This document shows, in pieces, positions 49,358-61,290 of a stretch of DNA of 64,000 bases. This stretch comes from Lama glama. Lineage: Eukaryota. Below the pieces are notes generated by a model, which saw nothing but the letters and a program-made list of their open reading frames with translations, did no database searches and had not been told where the DNA came from. The stretch spans positions 12,960,001 through 13,024,000 of the forward strand of contig CM052816.1 in the NCBI GenBank assembly GCA_028534125.1, written 5' to 3'. Made by a program: the position numbers and the translations under genes. How positions within the stretch are numbered: the stretch's first letter is position 1; every line of letters begins with the position of its first letter.

Positions 49358-50921
49358 GCTTCTTGAGCTCCATTCTCCTGCTTCTGGACCTGGAACCGGA
49401 GGGAGCTCCGGGTGGGTGGCACCGAAGGGTGTTTTAGTCCCCGTCCAGGAGTGGTAGCAGTGCATGGTTTATGAGCTTCCTTCCCTCACTGCTCCCAAGT
49501 CACCTCCTGCTACCTTCACGTCTCAGGAAAGCCAGCCCACTTCCACTGTGTGAGACAGACATCTGTTCACCATATTGCCAGGGCCAGAGTAGTATCTGTT
49601 TTTCTGTCCCTTTGCAAGAAGGCATGGTGGGCGTCACGCCGCACAGAAATCTTGGCAAGCCAGTAAAGACCACCGGCCAAGTTCCCCAGGCTCGAGCTTC
49701 CCTCAGGCTAACCAGGCCCGGCTCAGGCTCAGTGTAGTTTACACGCCGGCCTCAGATTCCCCTCTTAAAGAAGCCTCAGAAAATCAGGCACAGACAGACT
49801 CTAACGCCTGTTCATCTGAAGTTCACTAAGCAGTGTGCCTGGTGTCATTTGAGTGAACTGTTTGGCTGCCAGCTTTTTTTTTTTTTAAATGACATGATTG
49901 TCCCAGCTTTCAAATCCCATTATGAAACTCCTTTACTCAGGGCTTTTTTTTTTTTTTAACCTGCCATTTTAGTTTGATGGAAAGAGTTGTTGAGGAGAAC
50001 TCGTTACAAAATTGCTCTGTGGGGTCAGATGATGCAGTGAGTCATGATGGCTGAGCACATTTGGGGGGCCTGGGGTTGCTTCATTCTTCCCTGTCCTGAG
50101 CCTCTTAATGACTGACAGCGGTTGGCTGTGGAGGAGGCCAACCCTGGCATAGGGAGGAAGAGGGTAGGACTGATGCTGGGACAGCTCGGAGAGTCCTTGG
50201 AAGAGCCCTAGGGAAGGGAGGCCCACCCAGGCCCTGCTCTGGGGCCATATCCACCCTTGGTCACAGAAAACAAGGACACCCCGAGCTGTGTCTTGCTGTC
50301 CCCTCAGGACCCTGCATGGGAGGCAGCCCGTCTGTTATTAGAAACAGTTACCAGCCAACAGCAGCGTTATGCCTGCTGCTTCACCATGGTTACGCGTAAC
50401 TCCACCTCAAGGGGCATGTACGGTACATCACACGTGCCCTAAGTCAGAACGCGGGCTTCGAAAGTGGCTGTAAAGGGAGCAGGGAGAGATTTCCGTGTAC
50501 ATCCTCTTGGGTGTTTTCAGCTGTCGGGGAGCTCTTCTCTCTGATCAGCTCATCTTGAGAAGAGTTGCAGGTGATGTTACAGCATGGTACCCACATCTTC
50601 TCAAGTGGACACTCACGTCTGGGATGCTGGAGAAGCGGGTGTGGGGTTCCTGGAGCACTCAGCCTCATGAGAGCCGGAAGGTTATTCATCTTTACAGCTA
50701 TGATCTAGCATTAGTGTGGCGCCCGGCTGTGCGGGAGGAGTGAATAAATACGGAGGACAAACAGTGGCTGAATGGATGAACCAGTCCTCCCTCCGCTCAG
50801 TTCTGTGGTCCCCCGTCTCCCCCATCCCACCCCACCCCACTCCCATTTCTTCAAACAGCTGGGTCAAAGTCAGAATAAGTCTAGTCATAAAATAGACACA
50901 GTGCATGTTAAGTGGCTAAGA

Positions 50922-51185
50922 GAAGCGGTGCACATACTGGTTAAGAATTTGGACTTGGCCGTCAGGAGGACCTGCATTTAAGTTGTATCTTCTACCACGT
51001 GTCATTTGGGTGACCTTGGACACATTGTTTAATATCTCTTTGCCTCCTTCCTTATGAAGAAAGCAGAGATAATAATAGTCCTACCTTATCCGTTTGTTAT
51101 TAGAATGAGAGATAATTCATGGAAGGGGCTGGGCCCCGTGCGTGGGATTTTAATAATCAGTAAGTATTAGCTGCTTTTATTATTT
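50922..51185 (+). mobile_element. MIR SINE, near full length
   Basis: tggttaagaat...gggtgaccttggaca...gataataatagtcctacct...tattagctg. Confidence 0.85.
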
Positions 51186-51899
51186 TTCCATTGGCTGCTC
51201 GTTACCACTCTGTGGGCATCAGCCCAGCCAGGTGACCACAGCGAGGCCGGTGCCTCCCTGAGGAAAATGGCTAGCTCCTCCTTCTCTGGAGAAACTGAAC
51301 TTATTCTTTGTACTGACTTGACCATTGATTAGCTTGGTTGCCATGGTTACGTCACTTAACCTTTGGGGCTTCAGCATCTTTGTTGTAAATAGAGATGGCT
51401 GCTCTGCCTACACGCAAAGATAATCACACGTGAAAAATGACTGGGAAGGGTCCAAAAGAGGAGGTCTGAGTTTTTGGTTTATGCTGTTGTCTAGATGCTT
51501 AACATTTTACGATTAGGTTAGGGAGTAGGGAGGGATATGAAAGTCTGGGGGTGCTGTGGAATGTCCATTAAAGGCGTTTATCCCAACTTGACTGACTCAT
51601 GCATCAATGAATTGAAGGATTCATGATTCATAGCAATTAGGCCTACTGCTCTAGCTGTGTGTAGAGCAGTAAACATTTCCTTTTGGGAAAGCTAGGTAAG
51701 TCATGTGACCTCAGTTTTCATTTCAGTGTTGCTGTATGATGTTTAGAAAAATTGTTGTAGGTTTAGACAGGTAAAAACAGAAGACTCGACCATAGTTTCC
51801 ACCAGCATACAGTCCTTTCACTCATTGACAGTAAAACAAAACCACAAATGGAAATGAAATGGCAAAGAAAGTAAAAGGAAATAGTGTATCCAATCATCT

Positions 51900-52075
51900 T
51901 CATAATTATGTGCATGTTATTTCAGCATACCATGCACTTTGCATATATTATCTCATTTAATTTCAGCCTGTAGAGGAGATACCATTATCTCTGCTTGTAT
52001 GGGAAGAAGAAATTAAGGCTTCTACAGGTTAAGTAACTTGATAAAATCACAAGCTGTGAATTGCAGATCATTGCC
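51900..52075 (-). mobile_element. MIR SINE
   Basis: attatctcatttaat...aggttaagtaacttg...atcaca. Confidence 0.75.
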
Positions 52076-52587
52076 TTTTTTTTTTTTAAGTTTTGTTTCC
52101 TCAAGGGTGGTTGAGTATAACTGACCACCTGGGGTCATCCCCTCTTGTTGATGTAGAGTGACCTTTAGAGCCCTGGATGACTCAGGTTGCCATCAGTCTT
52201 CTCTTGAACTGGCAAAAATTCAAGAATGATCTTGTGCCCCTGGTACTTAGTCTATGGATTCCCCTACGCTTGCCTCCATAGCAGTAGATCTGAATCACGC
52301 TTTAGTGACGGAGACTCTACTCCTCTTACAGACCATCAGTCCCTTAATCCCTGTGATGATCTGTCGCATGATCTTCTGTCAACTAGCCTACTGTTCTCTT
52401 TCCTTCGTCATCATTTATGGAGCGTGTCCTGTAAGTACCGCCCATAAATAACACCCATCCATACTGGGCATGTGGGATCAGACAAGTGTAAAGGATGGTC
52501 ACTGTCCCCTAAGAGCAACTGCTTTAGTGGAATTGACATGAATGACTAACTGGGGAGGAAGGAAGGTAAATCGATCGATAGATGCAA

Positions 52588-52588
<1 letters not shown>

Positions 52589-52628
<40 letters not shown>
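52589..52628. repeat. (GATA)3(GACA)7 compound microsatellite within an L2 remnant
   Basis: read directly from sequence. Confidence 0.9.
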
Positions 52629-52630
<2 letters not shown>

Positions 52631-55600
52631 TGCATAGGTAGATGAAAGAGTAACAAATGGAAGAATGAAAACCAGAATAGTGTGCTACATGAGCAAGGGT
52701 AGAAGGGTGGCTAATTCCAGCTTGAGCCTGGGGATCTGCAAATCCCTCTTAGAAGAGGTGAAATTTGATTTGGGCTTTGAGAGAAGAATGAGGGGTGAAT
52801 CCGGGAGAAGGATCATACTACCAGACAGAGAAGGCTGCCTCAGCTGTCAGATCCAGAATGGCTGCCTTGTCCCTCTTTGTCACTGAGCCCAGGTATCATC
52901 TGGGTTCCCTTCTCTATACACCAGCCCAAGGGGTCACCACCAATTCAACAGAACTGACTGATAGGTGAGATTAATCTTCTGGACCATTCCTGGCTTATGC
53001 CTTTAGTGACTTCAAAGGCAGGACTGTTAAGCTAAGTCGCAGGGGAATGGTTGGACCTCAGTGGACACAAGCAGATGGCCATTGGGTTCAGAGAGGGACT
53101 TCTAGTAAAAATAAAGCACACAACACATGTAGTACCTACTTAGAGATATGCCTTGGAACCTCGTATCTCCCACCTCTCTCTTGTCTATGCCTCTCTTCAT
53201 GCTTTATTTAACAGAGACTTTTGTTCACCTGTTTTGTGCAGGCCCCTTTGCTAGGTACGTACAAAGATGTGTAAGATACAGCTTCTGTCTTCAAAGAGCC
53301 ATCAACTAACTGGGAGTAAGAAGGCCAATGTTCAGAACACTCTAGACAAGTCCGTATAATCAAAATGTCATATGTGTAGGTATTTTGAAGTTCTCCACTA
53401 TCCCGTCTCCCACAAAGTGAACTGGCATGAAAATATTCTGTCTCTAAAATGTAGAGTCTGATCTCAGGAGAAAGGAGATGACTTTTTTCTCTCAGTATTT
53501 CTCAGCTTTATTCCATCTCAGTGATTCTGCATTCAAAATCGAGTTTTGAGATATATTCACATTTTCCTTTGGGTTGGGCAGCATTGTATGCTGTTAATCC
53601 CAGCTGATTATCTTACCTCAATAATGAGGCTATAAAGTAGGGGAAGAAATGAGAAGACAAAAATCCCTTGCAGATTTTAGTGCTAGATCCAAATAGAATA
53701 AATTTCTTTTATATCTCTCTCTGAACATGTCGAAGAAGAATAGAGAACCCGGATTTTTAACTAATTTAAATAAAAGATTAAATTGAAACAGAAAGCCAAA
53801 ACCCAAATTAGTCAGCTTGTTACAGAGAAAATATAACGTGCTTCATTACTGTAATAGCAAAATACCAGTGGAGTAGAAAATTGACCAGTCTTCTCATATT
53901 AGAAAAAAATCTGATGCTTGGGTGTCAAGGAAGCTCTGTTCTTATTAGCCTTGACTACATCCTCTGTAACGGAGCCTGGAATGTCTCATTAGCACATGAC
54001 TAATAAAAGTTTTAAAAGCCATGTTAAATAACGCGAATTGAATGTTTCAGTATTCTTAATGTTGTGAGAATGAATGGTAAAGGATCAAATTTACGATATA
54101 CAAGTCTATGATATTTAAAGACAGCCTATTTGGTTCTGAAGATGTTTGTCAAAGAGTGTGAAATGACAGAGAACAATATTGAAAATTAAATAGCAAATTG
54201 GGAAGTAAAGGATATAAGTAAAGCGGGAAATAGTTCTCTTTTATACCCAAAGAGAAGTCATCTGACTGGTCCAGCCACAGATGAAAATTTGATCCTAGCT
54301 TCATCCATTTGGATGACACTTAAGACTCTAACATATAAAATGCATATTTCAAAATGTCTTCATGAGATATCTTCCCTTCCATACAGTGTGCTGTTATCAC
54401 ATTCACTCATTGTGACTTTAAGATCTTATAGCGGTATAAATTAAATGCAGTAATAAGAGAAAACAAAACAAAGAAGTCACGGCGTGGAGAAAGGGAGTGG
54501 TCCACAGTGAGGGCATGCGTGAGGGGAAGCACGCCAAGTGCATGCACTCACATCTTTCTGTTCAAATGGAATGTGCCACCACAGCATTCCAGTCCCCTCT
54601 TTTCCAACCTATAATTAATGTGTGTCTCCTTTGTGGCATGAAGCTGAAAATGTTCTCAGAGGTGAGCTATGGGCATTTCAGAGCACGGCAGATGCAGCGA
54701 CACAGGGCTGGGAGAACAGTGGGGAGAGATGACCACACACCATCATCTCCTTTTCGGTCTTCACCGGAACATCATCAGCAGAGCCACCGCCCAACAGGCA
54801 GGTAGTAGACGGTGTAGAGGTGCGTTTTAGGTAGAAAAAGGCACGGTATGTGTACACGTGTAAGGTAGATTTTGAGACACGAGTGTTGCTGTCTTCTCTC
54901 CTAATTTGTTTCAGCCCTTGAATGTTTTATTATAATTTATGCGTTCATTTTCTGTATTTATGCCTGGGAGCATGCTGCAATGAACATGATTTTAAAAATT
55001 CAAGAAATTCATTAAACAACTAATTAGTTTATGTTGATAAAAGAGATTAATTCAAATGATTGAAGACACCTAGTACCAGCTCTGAATAAAACAATCTTTT
55101 AAGAAAAAAAAAATCACACTTTTAAAACTCCAGCCCCAGATTGCCACTTGATTAATCTAAAAATACAAGGTTGGCACCAAGCCCGGAAGATTGGCAAGTG
55201 GACCTTTGATGGACCAAGTCAGACCAGAGATTCCAGAGCCCAGGGCCCCCCTGTTAAACCTGCTTTGGCTCCAGTTACCCGTGGTCTAAATCGGGACTCC
55301 GTGAGCGGAGACCCACAGTAGACTTCACCTGTCGTGATGTGTAGGTGCGGAGAGGGCTCGGCTCTAGTCAGGATGGTGACTTCGTACCTGAGGCTTGCAG
55401 TCGGTTGGATTTCAGATAGAGTTCATCATGTTGAGGGAAGAAATGAAAAAACTTACTTTGGTGAGGGCTGGGGAGAATGTGTGAGTGAATCATGCAGACA
55501 TAACTATTGTTGCTGTTCACTTTCTTTCCTCCCAGAAGTTTGAAGAATTGATTTCTCATAGATCTCTGGGTCATATACAGAATGTTGAAAGGGACATGCC

Positions 55601-57699
55601 ACTTGTCTACCTGTGACCAAGTGATGACTCGTACCGGCTAGCTAATCATGACTGACCAAATACCATTCAAGACACTTTGTCTTCCTAGCCAAGTCTGTCT
55701 CCCCGCCACCCTGCCCATGCCCAGCCAATAAGGGTCTGTTGTGATCTGGGCCCCTCTTGATCCTGTAAGTTTGTTTGTTTGTTTGTTTTGTCTGTCCTGA
55801 AGACTCTTCATGAAAGCTGACTTGTCATCCACAAAAAAAGTGAGATTCCGTGTGATAATATTTGCAAAAGTATGTGTGCAAGGACAACATAAATATTTCT
55901 TGGTTTATGCAGGTCATAATTGGTATTTTAAGCTAAAAGTAGGGGGAAGAAAAGGTGTTTCACTGCTTGTCTTACAAATTCAGATTGGTACAGATTTTGC
56001 ATATTCAGATTCTGATAACTACAGTTCAATTTAATTCGCTTCAAGGGGAAAAGAAATGTCCTTTTTCTCTTCTTCCACCAACTTGCTTTACCCTCACTTA
56101 TTTTCTCGATTGAATTTAAGAGAGACCAGTTTAAAAAAAACTACAGTCCTCTAGAATCTGTTGACCATTTTTTTTTTCATAACCCCAGTTGCTGCAGAAA
56201 GGATTTTTTTTGATTTAATTTATCATGTGATTCTGGGCTCTGAAACTATTTCTTTATCTATAAATTGGGATAAAAATACCCTTCCTGCTTTCTTTTCACA
56301 AACGATGTGAGATTCGGTCTTATTGGTCCTGAAAAAAAAATTTGTTTAAATATGCAGAGTGTTACGTAAACAGTAGATGGTATCATCTATTGCTAATCTG
56401 TCTTTCTAAATGCTTTCAGTGTGCTCAGGAGTTGCACTAAATGTTATTACATCATATTTTCTGAATGATTTTGTTTCAATAAAAAAAAGCAGCAGATTTA
56501 AATGAAATTGAGTTCATTAAAACTTGGGGGTTTTTTGTTTGTTTAATAGGATGTATCCATGTTATATCTACCTATGCTTCTTTTCTCTGCCCGTTGTCTT
56601 TCTTCCTTCTTCATATCCTCTTGTCTTAAAAGAAAGGATGGAGATAATAAAAAGAGGCCATAGTCCAGTATTCTGCTTTGGGGATTTGGGGAGGGCGTAG
56701 GTCAGGAGGAAAGAAATCTCCAAAATCTCCAGTCCTGTGTTTCAGCTTTGTTTATAAACAGCTGGAGAAACGGGCAGCTCTGTTCTCAAAGGGCGAAAGT
56801 TGATTGTCTGAGCGTCTGGCCTCTCCAAACACAGAGGAGACCACACAAGGGAGGTGGAACTGGAGATCACCGGCTGCTGTGTCTTAAATCAGTGGGGCTT
56901 GTTTTCTTTCTATATTGTTCAGGACAGGAGTCATAAAATGATTGTCTTTCCTGAACTCTTAAAGAGCAAGTGGTCTGAAAGAGGGATTGGAGTTTAAACC
57001 CTGCAGAGCCATTTCTAAAGACACCTCCTTCCTAATGATGTCTCTCTTCATAGAGCTTCACGGAGTTCATAGCATCAACTTCAAGAACGGCCCCCACAGA
57101 TACATGGGCTGCTGCTCTTACAAAACCTGCTGAGAATCTGAGATGTCAACGTGAAGTGGCTTCATAAAAGGTCCTTGTTTTTGCTGAGGTTGTAAGTCAT
57201 CTAGAGGAGGAAGGCAAAGTTGCATTTCACAGCCAGAAGCTTGACTGCCCTCTTTTCACATGCTAAGAGAATGGCAGAATCTACCCCAGAAGAGAGAGCT
57301 TTTTTTATTCTGGATAATACCTTGCTGAAACTCTTGAGGCGAGATCTGTGAAGCCCTGCCCCCTTCCTCGGGGTCATATTTCCAAAGAAACAAAAGAAGA
57401 GCCAAATCATCACACCTAACCAAATAGGACTGAAATTGAACAGAGAGGACCCTGGAAAAGACAGAGGGAGATGAGGAGACAGCCCAGGAAAACAACAGGA
57501 GGCCGAGATCTGGGAGATATGATGGCTGGGGCTGGAAGGACTACTGGATGCTCGTTGCCTCTGTTTCTCTGTCATTCACTCCAGCCTCAGGGGCGGTAGA
57601 GGGAATTCAGGGACAGGTTTGGGGAAAGAAAGTGTGCCTTTTCCATGTCACCCTTCTGTTCCCATAGAGGAACAGGCAAAGGAGCATCAAGAACCAGCC

Positions 57700-58330
57700 A
57701 ACCAGCCCTCACTTTGAGAGCCTGGACCTCCCCAGTAAGGTGAAGGATGAGTGTGTGCTTGGCTGCTCGGTCAGGAACTACAGGCAGGGCATTCCTTGGC
57801 AGACACAGGGTATTGAAAGGCAAGGAAGTCTGGAAGCCCCTGAGCATCTTAGGGAAAAGCCACTTAAATTGTGATGGCTCATCTCAGTAATCCTGGGACA
57901 TATTTTCTTAACTATTAAATTCTGGGGAAATGAAGAAGGAATTCAGGCAGGAGAAAGATGTGATCAGATTTGTGTCTTAAAAAGAGAGCTCTGTTGCATG
58001 CTTTCCGACCATCTGTTAGTTCAACAAATACTCATCAGGCTCCTATGTGCCAGAACTATGCTAGGCGCTGGGGAGATAGTGGTGAATTAATGACTAGTTC
58101 TTGGTATGGTGGCACTTACGGCTTGGTTAGGAGATAGATGATTTAAAATTAGTCAAAAAATTGAAATTTAATTATAAATAGTAGAAAATGCCATATAAGA
58201 AGATCAGGAAACGCTCTGAGAATTAGGAGGGAGGATTCATTTTGTTTGGAGGTTGGGTGGAAGTTGGGTCAAGGGAGGCCACTGAGCTGAAACCTGACAG
58301 GTGAGCAGCCGTTGCCAGGCGGAAAGGGGT
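57700..58330 (-). mobile_element. LINE-2 fragments
   Basis: ttcaacaaatactcatcaggctcctatgtgccagaactatgctaggcgctgggga; gatgtgatcagatttgtgt. Confidence 0.75.
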
Positions 58331-59782
58331 AAAATGGTTAAGGTAGAGTTTGGTGGAACGAGAGGCTTAACAATTGGTAAGAAGCTATTGTATCAGTCCA
58401 GGCAGGTTCCTGATTGCTCATGTACAAAAATTCGGAGGTTGATCTGTGTGGGTCTCCAAAGCCACCTACAGCTCTTCAGTTCGGTAGAATTAAGCGTATA
58501 CTATGTGTTTGACCTTGTGCAAGGTGCCGAGTAGGAAGGAAATAAAATTTTCCAACAGAGTGATTGTCCAACAAGTTGGACATTTGATGCGGGTTCAGAG
58601 AGTTTAGCTGCAGGTGTGTATTACATGTTAGACAGGCTTAACAGAATTCTTAGAGCACTTTTAATTCTTTCTTGTTGAAATGACAGAACCATCTACCACT
58701 CTCCAGGGCCCAACTTCTCTTTCTTAAGTTTCTTCTCTTGGATTGCCTCCTACTTGGGGCTCCCAATCAAGGTGAATGGATGGATGGATGGATGGATAGA
58801 TACTTGAAACTTAGAATGTCTAATATGGTATCAAACACCTGTAGGATTACATGCTCATCATTACAGTGGGGATAAAGATGTCATTAATCATCTGAAGAAC
58901 TGCCACCTAATTGGTGACTACTATTAACTTATAGAGGTGGCGCCTTATGTATAAAAGGCATTCAAAAATGTTTGGTTAAATGAATGTACGAATGAACTGT
59001 GCCTCCAAGTGTTCAAGTGAGACACAAGATCGGATGTCTGCCACAAACTCCCTAGGGCTGTGGTCCCGTCAGTGTGATTATGGTCCCCTCCTTAAGTGCT
59101 GTCACTAACGTGATGGACAAAAAGTAGGATGTGTTCCCACCCTTCCCCTGCCCCCTCGAAGGCGTCTTGTTCTGCCCACTCAATTTCTCTCTACCCTTGA
59201 TAAACTCAGAAGAGCTTCCCTCTCTGACTTTCAGGGCTCTTATTTTCAGAACTGGAAGAAAGGCAAGCAAAACAGGTGACATGATGCTCAGGTTAGGGTT
59301 GAGGAATGAGTGGTTTTCTTTGTGTTTCATTTTTTCTTTTTTATGAACCACCCTTTCAGTAATTTTGGCACTCTTGCATAAATAGGATCACGTCGTAAAT
59401 TCTAATTTGATTGTGGACACCATTTTAAATAAACTTTTACTTCGCTTGTTGGTTGATTTACTCCCTCGAGCATCCCCAGGAAGAGATCATCTGTCTATCT
59501 TCCTGTCTTTTTGGAAGAGAAAGGTACTGAAGCAGTGGCAGTGAGCAAGGAAGAGGGTAGGGGAAAGGAGGAATTTTAAGCAGGGTTTCTTTAATGCATG
59601 AATCCAAGATGAGCTGTTATGAAATTCTGTCTTGGCTGCTAGACCGTTGGAATAATCAGAACACAGTTTGGAAAGGGCTCAGCTAGCCACTCTTGAAGGC
59701 AGTGGTTCTTCACGACTGCCCTTTCGCTTAGTAAGGACAGAGTCTAACTTCATGAATATGGATCTGGAGCTGAGACAGATGG

Positions 59783-59965
59783 AGGACTCAACAAATGGGT
59801 GGAAGTTATAAGGAGGCATATTTAAGCTCAATACAATTAAAATGTTTCTAACAGGTAGAAATCATTCATGAAAGAGCGGGCACCCTGTCAAATTGTGAAC
59901 AGTGTTAATGAAAAAGATCTCAGCCCGGGTAGATGGTTAATGTAACCTACATGGAAGGTCCTCTT
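59783..59965 (+). mobile_element. L3/CR1 LINE 3' fragment
   Basis: aatgggtggaagttataaggaggcatatttaagctcaata...tttctaacag. Confidence 0.7.
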
Positions 59966-61290
59966 CTTCACTGAAAAGCCGTTCATTTAAACACAAAATG
60001 CAGGTTGAATTGAGAAATGCACACCCTTTATGTAAAGCCAAGATGGAGTTTTTTCCTCTGCCTCACATCTCCAAAACCCAGAGTAAGCCGGCTGTTTTTC
60101 AAGCTAGCTTCTCAATAATTCTGATGGGAAGAATGAACTTTTGAAAGGTCCAATTTTTTTCCCCACATAACAAAAAGGCTCTTCTAACTTGTCAGCCTAC
60201 AACTACCGACAAACTCAGTGTCAAAGTTTACTTGAACTTAAAAAAAAAAAAAGACAAAGAGTTGTTCAATTCAAGTAACCATTTGAATGAACGTGGTTAT
60301 GGGGTGATTTAAAGTGTTTGGGAAAGCCTGCCTTCCTATCCCAGAGAGGCAGGAGGCCTGGCAGTGATGTCAAATTGAGCACCTACTAGTCTCCAACGCT
60401 TTGGGCATGCCAGAAAAAGGCTTAAATGCAAGATTAGATTGTGACCAGTACAACCTGATGCTAACAACCAAAGTTAATTAGCCACTTAACATGCGCCATG
60501 CATATGCTGACACGCACCGGCTCGGGCAACCCTCCGGTGACCCTCTAGTGCAGGCGCTGTTATCTTCCTCTTACGGACGAGTAACGGGGGTGGTGGGGGG
60601 AGAGGGTAGAGACAGAGAAAGAGCTCATCAAACACTTCTCAGTGAGTATACAGGAGTACAGGTAATCAAACTTCAGTTTTCAGCTGCTATGCTTAAGATA
60701 AGAGACACTAAAAGAACGATATTTAACTACGGATGGAGTTGACCCAGAAGTAAGGACAGCGATCCATCGGAAGCAGCTGACACCAGTCTTCGAAGCGTTC
60801 TTGGATGAGGCGCAGTTTCGCCCATTTCAGAGTACAGGTGGGTTCCAAACTGTCAAGAGCGAGTTTTGGGGGATAAGGAATAAGAGTAACCCTTCCTGCT
60901 CACAGAGAGGGCTGGCCTCTCTCAGAGGGTGACTCTGGCTAGGATGCAGCCGAGAGATGGGGTCTCTCTGGGCCTCTCCAGTCTGGAGGGCAGCCGAGGC
61001 TCCGGCCCCCCCGGAACACGGCCAGCGGGGGTGTGGCGTGTGACGGCCCCGGCACTTGCTGTGTTCTTGTCTGGCTCTCCTGACGGGTCTGTTGTTTACA
61101 CCAGGGGCATAAACAGTTGATCCAATTTCCACTTAAGCTACAATCATCCTGCGTTAAAGCAGCAAATACTGTGAGTATTCTAAGAATGTATATCCTTGTT
61201 TATCAGAAGCCATGATTAAAATAAATTTTAATGTTTTCCCTCCCTTCTAAGGCCCTTTTAGACAGCTTAGCTAATGGCAGTCCTCAAAGC

